Source of the DNA: Chitinophaga sp. CB10
GTDB lineage: Bacteria > Bacteroidota > Bacteroidia > Chitinophagales > Chitinophagaceae
NCBI RefSeq assembly: GCF_001870995.1
Contig: NZ_MLAV02000016.1
Location: 296 to 64,295, forward strand
Direction: 5' to 3'
DNA length: 64,000 nucleotides
The number at the start of each line of letters is the position of its first letter. The first letter of the stretch is position 1. Below, one piece after another: positions 17,575 through 26,370 of the stretch. Position numbers and translations under genes: made by a program. A model generated the notes under the pieces. It was not told where the DNA came from and made no database searches. It worked only from the letters and a program-made list of their open reading frames with translations.

Positions 17575-18327
17575 ATGGACTTATATCTTAAAAACAAAAC
17601 GGCCGTAGTAACAGGCGCCAGTCAGGGCCTGGGAAGGAGTATCGTTAAAACGCTGGCAGCGGAAGGCGTAAAAGTATTAGCCACCGCCAGGAATGCCTCC
17701 TTGCTGGCGGAGTTGCAATCTGAGATTGCAGCGGAAGGAGGCGTAGTACCGGAGGTGTTCCTGCAGGACTTCACTGCGCCCGGCGGCCCGGCGGCCATAG
17801 CAGCGGCGGCGTTGCAGGCTTTTGGACATGTGGACATCCTTATTAACAATGCCGGGGCGAGCCGCCCGCTGGCGCCCATTGCGCCTGAGGAAGAATGGGA
17901 GGCAGCGTTTACGCTCGACTTCCATCATCACCGGCAACTGACGCAGGCTTTGTTACCACAATTCCTGGAACGCAGGCAGGGCGTTGTGCTTAATTTATGC
18001 AGCACTTATGAGTTGAGAAGCATCAATGGTTCTGCGGTGGCCAAGGCGGCGATTGTATCCTGGTCCAAAGCCCTGGCGGGTGAACTGGCATCGCAGGGCA
18101 TCCGGGTGAACTGTTTGCAACCGGGTATCATTGACTCTGCACAGATAAGGAGAATATTTCCCGGTGAGGAGAGAAGGAAATTTGCAGAAAGGGAAATTCC
18201 CATGGGGGATTTTGGCGAACCGGAAGACATTGCGAATATGGCGGCATTCCTGGTATCGCCGAGAGCGAAGTATGTAACGGGTACTGTAGCGGTAGTGGAC
18301 GGGGGTATGCGGCGATATGCGTTTTAG
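17575..18327 (+). CDS. SDR family oxidoreductase (atypical active site)
   Basis: Cofactor motif TGASQGLGRS and NNAG. The expected YxxxK reads SAVAK. The first ATG is at 17575 (the track starts at TTG 17536). Confidence 0.75.
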   Translation: MDLYLKNKTAVVTGASQGLGRSIVKTLAAEGVKVLATARNASLLAELQSEIAAEGGVVPEVFLQDFTAPGGPAAIAAAALQAFGHVDILINNAGASRPLAPIAPEEEWEAAFTLDFHHHRQLTQALLPQFLERRQGVVLNLCSTYELRSINGSAVAKAAIVSWSKALAGELASQGIRVNCLQPGIIDSAQIRRIFPGEERRKFAEREIPMGDFGEPEDIANMAAFLVSPRAKYVTGTVAVVDGGMRRYAF

Positions 18328-18400
18328 CCGGTATCACCGGATTTAAGAGGCGGGCAACGTATTACGCCTGTGTTCCAACTGCAGGTCCTGCATTGCCGGA

Positions 18401-18440
18401 CTTAAAATAAAAAAGCCTTACAGTTTGCACTGTAAGGCTT
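18401..18440 (-). terminator. Rho-independent terminator of tRNA-Pro copy 2
   Basis: Arms aagccttacag (18413-18423) and ctgtaaggctt (18430-18440). On the minus strand the hairpin is followed by TTTTATTTT. Confidence 0.6.
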
Positions 18441-18453
18441 TCGTCGTTCTGAG

Positions 18454-18527
18454 TCGGGGTGGCAGGATTCGAACCTACGACCTCCACATCCCAAATGTGG
18501 CGCGATACCGGGCTACGCTACACCCCG
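18454..18527 (-). tRNA. tRNA-Pro (anticodon UGG), copy 2
   Basis: Identical to copy 1 over all 74 nt, plus 2 nt on each side. Confidence 0.9.
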
Positions 18528-18548
18528 AAAGAATCCCGACTGGATTCG

Positions 18549-18637
18549 CGGTGAGGGAGGGATTCGAACCCTCGGTACAGTTTAACCCGTACGACGGTTT
18601 AGCAAACCGTTCCTTTCGGCCACTCAGGCACCTCACC
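18549..18637 (-). tRNA. tRNA-Ser (anticodon GCU)
   Basis: The reverse complement is GGTGAGGTGCCTGAGTGGCCGAAAGGAACGGTTTGCTAAACCGT...long variable arm...GAGGGTTCGAATCCCTCCCTCACCG. Confidence 0.9.
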
Positions 18638-18684
18638 GTGTACCTTCTATTAACGCCTCTCGCGTTAGTTCCTTGAAGGGGTTG

Positions 18685-18692
18685 CAAAAATA
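18685..18692 (-). promoter_or_regulatory. -7 promoter box (TATTTTTG) upstream of the tRNA-Ser/tRNA-Pro pair
   Basis: Plus strand caaaaata, 48 nt upstream of the tRNA-Ser 5' end. Confidence 0.4.
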
Positions 18693-19004
18693 GGAATTAT
18701 TTTAAATTCACAAAAAACATTTACAGTTTTTTCAAAGTTTTTTTCCAAAATTCTTCCGGGGCGGTATGGCGAGGCTTATCAAATCCTTTCGCAGTCTGCG
18801 TTTCAGGGCCTAAAGGGGCAGCCAGGCCTACACGAAAATTTTTTGCAACGGCAGTTGGATAGGGTGCAAAAGCGAGTAAAAACGTGACGTTGTGGAGAAG
18901 GTTGGATTAGATCTCTCCCCCTAAAAAACAACAGGATATTTTGATAAAAGCGCGACGGTGGGATAGCCTGCGGCCTTTTCCGGGCGGGACTTCCCTAAAA
19001 GAAA

Positions 19005-19031
19005 CATGCCTCCGTTTAAAACGGAGGCATG
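19005..19031 (-). terminator. dnaA rho-independent terminator
   Basis: Perfect inverted repeat catgcctccg / cggaggcatg. On the minus strand it is followed by TTTCTTTT. It lies 25 nt past the dnaA stop. Confidence 0.65.
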
Positions 19032-19055
19032 CAACAAATAGGTTACAGGGGGTAA

Positions 19056-20489
19056 TTACATTGCTGCCAACTGCACTTTCTGCTGCAACTCGATAACGCT
19101 GTCGCGGAAGTTGTTGTCAGTATCCATTAAGTCTTTTACTGTCTGGCAGGAGTGAATAACTGTGGTATGATCACGGCCGCCAAAATGTTCACCGATAGTT
19201 TTCAGGGAGTTCTTTGTAAATGATTTGGCCAGGTACATGGTAATCTGGCGGGCCTGCACGATTTCGCGTTTACGCGTTTTTTGCAGGAGTTTATCGTAAG
19301 GGACATCAAAATATTCGCATACCATCTTCTGGATACTCTCGATGGTAATTTCTTTTGATGAGGTTTTTACGAAAGATTTCAGTACGCGTTTGGCCAGTTC
19401 CAGGTCAATTTCTTTGCGGTTAAGGGAGGACTGTGCCAGCAGGGAGATCAGCGCTCCTTCCAGCTCGCGGACGTTGGTTTGGATGTTATAGGCCACGTAC
19501 TTCACTACTTCCTTTGGCATTTCCAGGCCGTCGTTGCGCATTTTCATTTCCAGGATTTCCATCCTGGTTTCGAAGTCAGGAATCTGGATATCGGCGCTGA
19601 GGCCCCAGCGGAAGCGGCTGAGCAGGCGTTCCTGCACACCGTCCAGGTCCTTCGGGGCTTTATCCGAAGTAAGGATCAGCTGTTTGCCGGATTGGTGCAG
19701 GTGGTTGAAGATGGCGAAGAATGCATCCTGTGTTTTCTCTGCGCGGGCAAAGAACTGGATATCATCCACGATCAGTACGTCGATCAACTGATAGAAGTGA
19801 ATGAAATCATTTATGATGTTGTTCTTGGAGTGATCAATGAACTGGTTGATGAACTTTTCCGCGCTGACGTACAATACGGCCTTGTTGGGATGAATCCTCT
19901 TCACCTCATTGCCAATAGCCTGCGCCAGGTGGGTTTTCCCCAGGCCTACGCCACCGTATATCACCAGCGGGTTGAAGGAAGTTCCACCCGGTTTTTCAGC
20001 CACTGTTTTACCGGCGCGGCGGGCCACGCGATTACAGTCGCCTTCTATATAGGTATCGAACGTATAGTTGGGATTCAGCTGTGAATCTATCTGTACACGT
20101 TTAATGCCGGGGATCACGAACGGGTTTTTGACCGGGTTCTGGATCGTCAATGGAAAATCAACTTCATTGTCTTTCTGGGGCTTTGTAAACTGCGTCGGCA
20201 TGTTTACAGTTCTTGGGTTTTGGTGTGGCGTACCGTTCTCTACTACAATGCGGTATTCCAACCGGGCTTCTTTACCTAATTCTCTCTTGATGGTTTTTCC
20301 TAACAATCCCACGTAATGCTCCTCTAGGTATTCGTAAAAGAATTGGCTGGGGACCTGGATGGTTAAAACATTGTTTTCAAGTTTAATCGGTTTAATTGGC
20401 TCAAACCATGTCTTAAAAGGCTGCCACTCAACAATATCCCTAATTATATTAAGACACCTTTCCCAAACTTGTTCGCAAGTTTTATTCAT
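19056..20489 (-). CDS. dnaA: Chromosomal replication initiator protein DnaA
   Basis: Walker A GGVGLGKTHL, Walker B LIVDDIQF, and the C-terminal DNA-binding signature ARQITMYLAKSFTKNSLKTIGEHFGGRDHTTVIH. Confidence 0.95.
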   Translation of the reverse strand: MNKTCEQVWERCLNIIRDIVEWQPFKTWFEPIKPIKLENNVLTIQVPSQFFYEYLEEHYVGLLGKTIKRELGKEARLEYRIVVENGTPHQNPRTVNMPTQFTKPQKDNEVDFPLTIQNPVKNPFVIPGIKRVQIDSQLNPNYTFDTYIEGDCNRVARRAGKTVAEKPGGTSFNPLVIYGGVGLGKTHLAQAIGNEVKRIHPNKAVLYVSAEKFINQFIDHSKNNIINDFIHFYQLIDVLIVDDIQFFARAEKTQDAFFAIFNHLHQSGKQLILTSDKAPKDLDGVQERLLSRFRWGLSADIQIPDFETRMEILEMKMRNDGLEMPKEVVKYVAYNIQTNVRELEGALISLLAQSSLNRKEIDLELAKRVLKSFVKTSSKEITIESIQKMVCEYFDVPYDKLLQKTRKREIVQARQITMYLAKSFTKNSLKTIGEHFGGRDHTTVIHSCQTVKDLMDTDNNFRDSVIELQQKVQLAAM

Positions 20490-21024
20490 TGAGATAAAAA
20501 AAATTAGTTTGTTTCTTAATTTAATGAAAGCAATTCACGTCTTAAGGATGTTCTCGAATTCGCTATTCCTCAACGCAGGATGTCGAAAAATGTTCGGACA
20601 GGATGACGAATATCTGTAGAAAATGTTGAAAAAAAAAATTTATCTACCCTTGTTTATATTATCCTGAATACAGTGTGAAAACACCCTGTGTCCGCCCGCT
20701 GCTATTGCTTTACAGCATTGACATTCCTCATTTTTTTTGCATTCCAAACCGGCCTGATTTGCAACCGCTTTCTGAAAGCATTGCCTCTTTTATCATAAAT
20801 AGTATCGCATTCATGATAAAATACTATCGTAGAATTTTTCTCTTTATTTTTTTCCGGAGATCAATTCCGCAGATATTCACAATTTTTTCAGCGAGGGTGC
20901 AAAACTATGTTAGTATCTCCATTAAAAAAAATGTGTTTAGGGCTAGTTTATAAGGAACTAATTTTTTATATACCCGCGCGCTTGTAATCAATAAAAATTA
21001 TTTGCACGCACTTTGGCGAATACC
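20490..21024. other. Candidate oriC region (AT-rich, degenerate DnaA-box-like 9-mers)
   Basis: Gene-free 570 bp next to dnaA with A/T runs. Four 7/9 matches to TTATCCACA: 20640-20648, 20659-20667, 20873-20881. No perfect box is present. Confidence 0.35.
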
Positions 21025-21032
21025 TATCTTTG
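21025..21032 (+). promoter_or_regulatory. -7 promoter box (TATCTTTG)
   Basis: Exact TAnnTTTG match, 28 nt upstream of ATG 21060. Confidence 0.45.
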
Positions 21033-21059
21033 GAACTTCTGAATTTAAATTATTTTTCT

Positions 21060-21446
21060 ATGAGTTTTGAAATTACCGGAAAGCTGGTCGTGAAGTATAA
21101 TACAGTGCAACGAAGCGAAACTTTTAAAACAAGAGAGTTCGTTATCGAGAAATCTGACGATATCAACGGCCGCGTAATCAATAACTACATTAAGTTCCAG
21201 GCTGTGCAAGACCGCACTGGTATTGTTGACCGGTTCAACGAAGGTGAAAATGTTAAAGTTTATTTCAATATCAAAGGTACCCGTTGGGAGAAAGATGGCA
21301 AAGTAAACTACATTACCAACCTCGATGCGTGGCGTATGGAATCAGTTATGGCTGCCCCTGCTCCGGGAGCGGACCCAATGCCTAACTACAACACTCCGCA
21401 AATGCCTGCCGGCGGTGGAGACAGCAGCGACGATCTGCCGTTCTAA
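21060..21446 (+). CDS. DUF3127-like OB-fold protein with an SSB-type acidic C-terminal tail
   Basis: MSFEITGKLVVKYNTVQRSETFKTREFVIEK...VKVYFNIKGTRWEKDGKVNYITNLDAWRME, then a Pro/Gly-rich linker ending GGGDSSDDLPF. Confidence 0.65.
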   Translation: MSFEITGKLVVKYNTVQRSETFKTREFVIEKSDDINGRVINNYIKFQAVQDRTGIVDRFNEGENVKVYFNIKGTRWEKDGKVNYITNLDAWRMESVMAAPAPGADPMPNYNTPQMPAGGGDSSDDLPF

Positions 21447-21467
21447 TTCAATTTTTCAAACATACCT

Positions 21468-21519
21468 ATACGGATTTGCAGCGTATATCAGGCCAGCCCT
21501 GAACTCTGCAAATCCGTAT
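21468..21519 (+). terminator. Long-stem hairpin after the DUF3127-like gene
   Basis: 14-bp arms atacggatttgcag / ctgcaaatccgtat with a 24-nt loop, followed by TTCTTT. Confidence 0.4.
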
Positions 21520-21541
21520 TTCTTTAGGATAACTACCTAAC

Positions 21542-23104
21542 ATGATTCAACAAGTTTCTCTCAAGCTGCTACCAGCCGATGCCGGGTCAGACCAGGCTGT
21601 TATCAAAGCCGCGGCTGCGGCGCTCAGCGTGCCTCCCAAAACAATCACCGGTTACAATCTTCTCAAACGCTCTATTGACGCACGTTCCAGGCAGGTGTAT
21701 TATATCCTGACCGTGCAGGTGTACGTCAATGAACCGTTTCATAAAAAAGAACTGCAAGCGCCGGTTTATAAAGACCTGCCGGCAACCGCTCCCACGGTAT
21801 TGATTGCCGGGGCCGGCCCTGCCGGCCTGTTTGCCGCGTTGCGACTGATAGAAACCGGCATCAGGCCTGTGATACTGGAAAGAGGGAAAGATGTGCGCGC
21901 CCGCAGGCGCGACCTCGCCGCCCTTAACAAAACCGGCATTGTCAACCCCGATTCCAACTACTGCTTCGGGGAAGGCGGCGCCGGCACGTATTCCGACGGG
22001 AAGCTGTACACCCGCTCCAACAAACGGGGCGATATAAACCGCATCCTCAATATCTTCATACAGTTTGGGGCGGATGAAAAAATTGCCATTGATGCGCACC
22101 CGCACATCGGCACCAATAAACTACCGCATATCATCACCGCCATGCGCGAGCAAATCATTGCCAGCGGCGGGGAAGTTCACTTCGAACAACGGATTACAGC
22201 CATTGATATAAAAGACGGACAGGTGAAGGGCGTGAAAACCGCCACCGGCGCTTACTTTGCCGGCCAGCGCCTGATCCTTGCCACCGGCCACTCCGCGCGG
22301 GATATTTTTATTATGCTGAACGAGCAACAGCTGCTGCTGGAAGCGAAGCCCTTTGCCCTCGGCGTTCGTATAGAACACCCGCAGGAGCTGATCGACAGCG
22401 CGCAGTACCATTGCGCTATCCGCGTGGAATACCTGCCGCCGGCCAGCTACAGTTTGGTAGAACAGGTGGATGGCAGGGGCGTATTTTCCTTCTGCATGTG
22501 CCCGGGCGGCATCATTGCGCCTGCAGCCACCGATCCGGGAGAACTGGTGGTGAACGGATGGTCCCCTTCGAAACGCAATAACCCCTTTGCCAATTCGGGC
22601 ATGGTGGTGAGTATTGAAGCGGGCGACTACCAGCCGTTTGCGGACAAAGGCGCGCTGGCAGCCATGTATTACCAGCGCGAAGTGGAGATAGCCGCCTACA
22701 ACGCAGGCGGAGGAAAGTTTGTAGCGCCGGCGCAAAGGATGACTGACTTCGTCAACAATAAAGTATCCGCTACTTTACCGGAGTGCTCTTACGTGCCTGG
22801 CGTGAATAGCGTGAACCTGCGCGAAGTACTACCCGCCGCGGTACATACCCGACTCGCAGGCGCCTTCAAAGCCTTCGGTAAAAAGATGAAAGGTTATTAC
22901 ACGAGCGACGCCATCCTGGTGGCGACCGAATCCCGCACTTCCTCGCCGGTACGCATTCCGCGGGAGAGCGATACGCTGGAGCATCCGCAGGTAAAAGGCC
23001 TTTACCCTTGCGGCGAAGGCGCAGGTTATGCCGGTGGAATTGTATCGGCTGCCATGGATGGAGAACGTGTAGCAGCGGCTATTGCAGCCAAGTTATCTCT
23101 ATAA
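21542..23104 (+). CDS. NAD(P)/FAD-dependent oxidoreductase (uncharacterised FAD-dependent dehydrogenase family)
   Basis: Rossmann motif VLIAGAGPAGLFAA. 520 aa, with a conserved C-terminal CGEGAGYAGGI. Confidence 0.75.
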   Translation: MIQQVSLKLLPADAGSDQAVIKAAAAALSVPPKTITGYNLLKRSIDARSRQVYYILTVQVYVNEPFHKKELQAPVYKDLPATAPTVLIAGAGPAGLFAALRLIETGIRPVILERGKDVRARRRDLAALNKTGIVNPDSNYCFGEGGAGTYSDGKLYTRSNKRGDINRILNIFIQFGADEKIAIDAHPHIGTNKLPHIITAMREQIIASGGEVHFEQRITAIDIKDGQVKGVKTATGAYFAGQRLILATGHSARDIFIMLNEQQLLLEAKPFALGVRIEHPQELIDSAQYHCAIRVEYLPPASYSLVEQVDGRGVFSFCMCPGGIIAPAATDPGELVVNGWSPSKRNNPFANSGMVVSIEAGDYQPFADKGALAAMYYQREVEIAAYNAGGGKFVAPAQRMTDFVNNKVSATLPECSYVPGVNSVNLREVLPAAVHTRLAGAFKAFGKKMKGYYTSDAILVATESRTSSPVRIPRESDTLEHPQVKGLYPCGEGAGYAGGIVSAAMDGERVAAAIAAKLSL

Positions 23105-23157
23105 AGATTATAATATGTACGCCGGAGGTTTATCAGGATTTATTATTAATTTCCAGT

Positions 23158-24084
23158 ATGAACCTCCTGGAAGTACAACACCTGAAGAAATACTATGCCA
23201 CCCATAAAGCAGTAGATGATATCTCCTTCAATATTGCCCAGGGTAGCATATTTGGCCTGTTAGGCCCCAATGGCGCCGGTAAGACAACCCTGTTACGCAT
23301 GATCACCGGCATATTTTATCCCGACTCCGGCAACATCCTGCTGAACGGCAGGCACTTTGACCCGATGAACGATCTGCAGGCCATCGGCTACATGCCCGAA
23401 GAACGGGGCCTGTACAAGAAAATGCCGGTAGCCGAGCAGGTACTTTACCTGGCACAACTCAAAGGGCTTGATAAGAAAACGGCCAACGCCCGCATCAGGC
23501 ATTGGTTTGACAAGTTTGAGATGAACGCCTGGGCGCACAAGAAAGTGGATGAACTCAGCAAGGGCATGCAGCAAAAAGTGCAGTTTATTTCCACCATTCT
23601 ACATGAGCCTAAACTGCTGATCCTGGACGAACCCTTCTCCGGCCTGGACCCTATCAACTCCAACCTGTTAAAACAGGAAATCTTTAACCTGAGCAAAAAC
23701 GGTACTACCATTATCTTTTCCACCCACAGGATGGAGCAGGTGGAAGAGATATGCGATCATATCATGCTGGTGAATAAAGGGCATAAGATACTGGATGGCA
23801 GCGTTAAGCAGATACGCCAGGACTTCAAGCAGGGCCTCTTCCGTATAGGGGTGGGCGTTATGCCCAATGCCGCGCAGATGGCTACCTGGCATTTTACCAT
23901 TGTGTCCGTGGACGACCATTCCTTTACCCTGAAGCTGAATCCCGACAGTACTACGAACGACATCCTGATGCACTTCATCCGCCAGGAGATACCTGTAACC
24001 TATTTTGAAGAGATACTGCCAAGCATAAACGAAGTTTTCATTTCCCAGGTGCAGCTGACGGAAAACGTTGCTGCCACCGCCTAA
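23158..24084 (+). CDS. ABC transporter ATP-binding protein (NatA-like)
   Basis: Walker A GLLGPNGAGKTT, signature LSKGMQQK, Walker B LLILDEP. ATG 23158 (MNLLEVQHLKKYY) is more likely than the track start 23008, which overlaps the previous gene. Confidence 0.85.
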   Translation: MNLLEVQHLKKYYATHKAVDDISFNIAQGSIFGLLGPNGAGKTTLLRMITGIFYPDSGNILLNGRHFDPMNDLQAIGYMPEERGLYKKMPVAEQVLYLAQLKGLDKKTANARIRHWFDKFEMNAWAHKKVDELSKGMQQKVQFISTILHEPKLLILDEPFSGLDPINSNLLKQEIFNLSKNGTTIIFSTHRMEQVEEICDHIMLVNKGHKILDGSVKQIRQDFKQGLFRIGVGVMPNAAQMATWHFTIVSVDDHSFTLKLNPDSTTNDILMHFIRQEIPVTYFEEILPSINEVFISQVQLTENVAATA

Positions 24085-24096
24085 TCCTGCTGAATC

Positions 24097-25392
24097 ATGA
24101 ACAAGATATACCTGATTATACAACGGGAATTCCTCTCCCGCGTCCGCAAGCGTTCTTTCCTGATTGTAACCCTGCTGGTGCCGCTGGCCTTTGCCGCGAT
24201 GATTATCATACCGGCCGTACTGGCCGGCAATTCCAATAGCAGCACGAAAGTAGCCGTAGTGGATAAAAGCGGCATTTTTAAAGGGCAGTTCCAGGATAGC
24301 CGGAATACCTATTTCAAGTTTATTTCCGACCAGCACCCGGATTCCCTGAAGCGGCACTATGCGGACCAGGGCTACAGCGGCGTGCTGCTGATCCCGGAGA
24401 TAGACCTGGAGCGGCCCTCCGGCTTTGAGTACTACAGCGACGCCCAGGCCAGCATTGCGCTGGAACATACGATTACCAACAACCTGAACAGCGTGATCGA
24501 AAGGAAGCGCATGGAAATAAACGGTATTGACAAAGCCAAGCTGGACGCGATCCGTGCGGACGTGACCGTGGAATTTAAGGACAGCAAGGATGAGAAGAAA
24601 GGCAGCTCGGCGGCCTCGTTTATACTGGGCTATGCCAGCGGCTTTACCATGTACTTCATGCTCCTGTTGTTTGGCACCTCCGTGATGCGGGGCGTAATGG
24701 AAGAGAAGGTGAACCGCATCGCGGAAGTAATGATCAGCAGTGTACGGCCTTTTCAGCTGATGATGGGTAAAATAACAGGCATTGCCGCCGTGGGACTTTT
24801 ACAATTCCTCATATGGGGTGTACTGTTGTTTTTACTGTCGATGGCCATGCCGTTGTTTATGTCGCCCGAGGCTATACAGACCGCCAACCAGGCGGGTTCC
24901 AATGCGGAAATGGCCGAGGCCATGCAGAAATTCTCCTTTGTGCTTGGCAAGATCAACTGGGCGCTGTTCATTGGTTGCTTTATATTTTATTTCCTCGGGG
25001 GCTATTTATTTTACTCTTCCTTATACGCGGCGGTGGGCAGCCTGGCCAATGAAGACGCTTCTGATATTCAGCAGATGACATTGCCGCTGACGGCGCCGAT
25101 TATCATCAGCAGCATTATACTGGTGCGGGCGGTGGCCGATCCTACGAGTCCGCTGGCGGTATGGGCCAGCATCATCCCCTTCAGCTCCCCGCTGGTGATG
25201 ATGGCGCGTATTCCTGCGGGCGTACCCGGCACGGTTCCTTACTGGCAGTTGCTATTGAGCATGTTGGTATTAATAGGCGGGTTTATTGCGAGCACCTGGA
25301 TTGCCGGCAGGATTTACCGCACGGGCATCCTGATGTATGGTAAGAAGATTACGCTGAAAGAGGCTACCAGGTGGATTTTTAGTAAGTCATAA
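24097..25392 (+). CDS. ABC-2 type transporter permease (NatB-like)
   Basis: 431 aa with one N-terminal TM helix, a large loop, then multiple TM helices. It is adjacent to the ATPase. Confidence 0.75.
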   Translation: MNKIYLIIQREFLSRVRKRSFLIVTLLVPLAFAAMIIIPAVLAGNSNSSTKVAVVDKSGIFKGQFQDSRNTYFKFISDQHPDSLKRHYADQGYSGVLLIPEIDLERPSGFEYYSDAQASIALEHTITNNLNSVIERKRMEINGIDKAKLDAIRADVTVEFKDSKDEKKGSSAASFILGYASGFTMYFMLLLFGTSVMRGVMEEKVNRIAEVMISSVRPFQLMMGKITGIAAVGLLQFLIWGVLLFLLSMAMPLFMSPEAIQTANQAGSNAEMAEAMQKFSFVLGKINWALFIGCFIFYFLGGYLFYSSLYAAVGSLANEDASDIQQMTLPLTAPIIISSIILVRAVADPTSPLAVWASIIPFSSPLVMMARIPAGVPGTVPYWQLLLSMLVLIGGFIASTWIAGRIYRTGILMYGKKITLKEATRWIFSKS

Positions 25393-26317
25393 GCTGTTTG
25401 CGGGCGGCCTCGAACTCTTCCCAGATTTCCTTTACGATATCGGCAGCTGGTTTTATCTGGTCGATAAGCGCGCTTACCTGGCCGATTTCCAGCTCTCCTT
25501 CGGAGAGGTTGCCTTCGAACATGCCGGTTTTGGCGCGGGCGCGGCCCAGCAGCTCTTTGAGGGCAGCCGCATCTGCGCCGCTATCTTCAGCGGCTTTGAC
25601 GAGGTCGTAGAAATGGTTTTTAATAAGGCGTACCGGGGTGAGTTTTTTCAATGCCAGCGCCGTATCTCCTTCCCTGGCGTCGAGTATGGCATTTTTAAAG
25701 TTTTGGTGAGAAGAGGCCTCCGGCGTGGCCACGAAGCGGCTGCCTATCTGCACTCCTTCTGCGCCCAATGCCATGGCAGCGAGCATCCCCCTGCCCGTAG
25801 CAATGCCTCCGGCGGCTATTACGGGGATCTTTACCTTCGCTGTTACGGCGGGGATGAGCACCATGGTGGTGGTTTCTTCCCGCCCGTTATGTCCGCCTGC
25901 TTCGAAGCCCTCTGCTACTACCGCATCTACGCCGGCGGCTTCGCTCTTTTCGGCAAACAGGCTGCTGGACACGACGTGTACCACTTTGACACCGGCGGCT
26001 TTGAGCGTGCCGGTCCAGGTTTTCGGGTTGCCGGCGGAGGTGAATACCACCGGCACTTTTTCTTCCAGGATGATGTTTATCAGCTGGTCGATATCCGGGT
26101 AGAGCAAGGGCACGTTGACCCCGAAAGGCTTATCTGTTGCTTGTTTGGCTTTCTGAATATGCTCCCGCAGTACAGGAGGGTACATGCTGCCTGCGCCGAT
26201 GAGGCCAAGGCCGCCGGCGTTACTAACAGCGCTGGCTAAACGCCAACCGCTGGCCCAGATCATACCGGCCTGGATGATAGGATAACGTATGCCGAATAGT
26301 TCATTAATCCTGTTCAT
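25379..26317 (-). CDS. Nitronate monooxygenase / FabK-like flavin oxidoreductase family protein
   Basis: FGIRYPIIQAGM...IPVIAAGGIATGRGMLAAMALGAEGVQIGSRF. ATG is at 26317 (the track start 26323 is TTG). Confidence 0.8.
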   Translation of the reverse strand: MNRINELFGIRYPIIQAGMIWASGWRLASAVSNAGGLGLIGAGSMYPPVLREHIQKAKQATDKPFGVNVPLLYPDIDQLINIILEEKVPVVFTSAGNPKTWTGTLKAAGVKVVHVVSSSLFAEKSEAAGVDAVVAEGFEAGGHNGREETTTMVLIPAVTAKVKIPVIAAGGIATGRGMLAAMALGAEGVQIGSRFVATPEASSHQNFKNAILDAREGDTALALKKLTPVRLIKNHFYDLVKAAEDSGADAAALKELLGRARAKTGMFEGNLSEGELEIGQVSALIDQIKPAADIVKEIWEEFEAARKQLMTY

Positions 26318-26370
26318 AAGCAATCAGATAAATATCAAGACGGTTAAACTGCATGGCCGGATGATCCATC

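Noticed and set aside
16973-18529. The two tRNA-Pro copies as attL/attR of a 1.4-kb islet
   Set aside because: Identity stops exactly at the tRNA edges (78 bp). Both copies are full length, and each has its own distinct terminator and promoter context. No recombinase lies between them. A paralogous tRNA duplication is the simpler explanation, though tandem integration history cannot be excluded.
18425-18676. An 83-aa plus-strand ORF and a 70-aa minus-strand ORF across the tRNA pair
   Set aside because: They are translations of tRNA-Pro and tRNA-Ser sequence (for example GGRIRTYDL), not genes.
20490-21024. Perfect DnaA boxes (TTATCCACA) near dnaA
   Set aside because: I found none by eye, only 7/9 matches here and one 8/9 match downstream of dnaA. 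The oriC call is therefore kept at low confidence.
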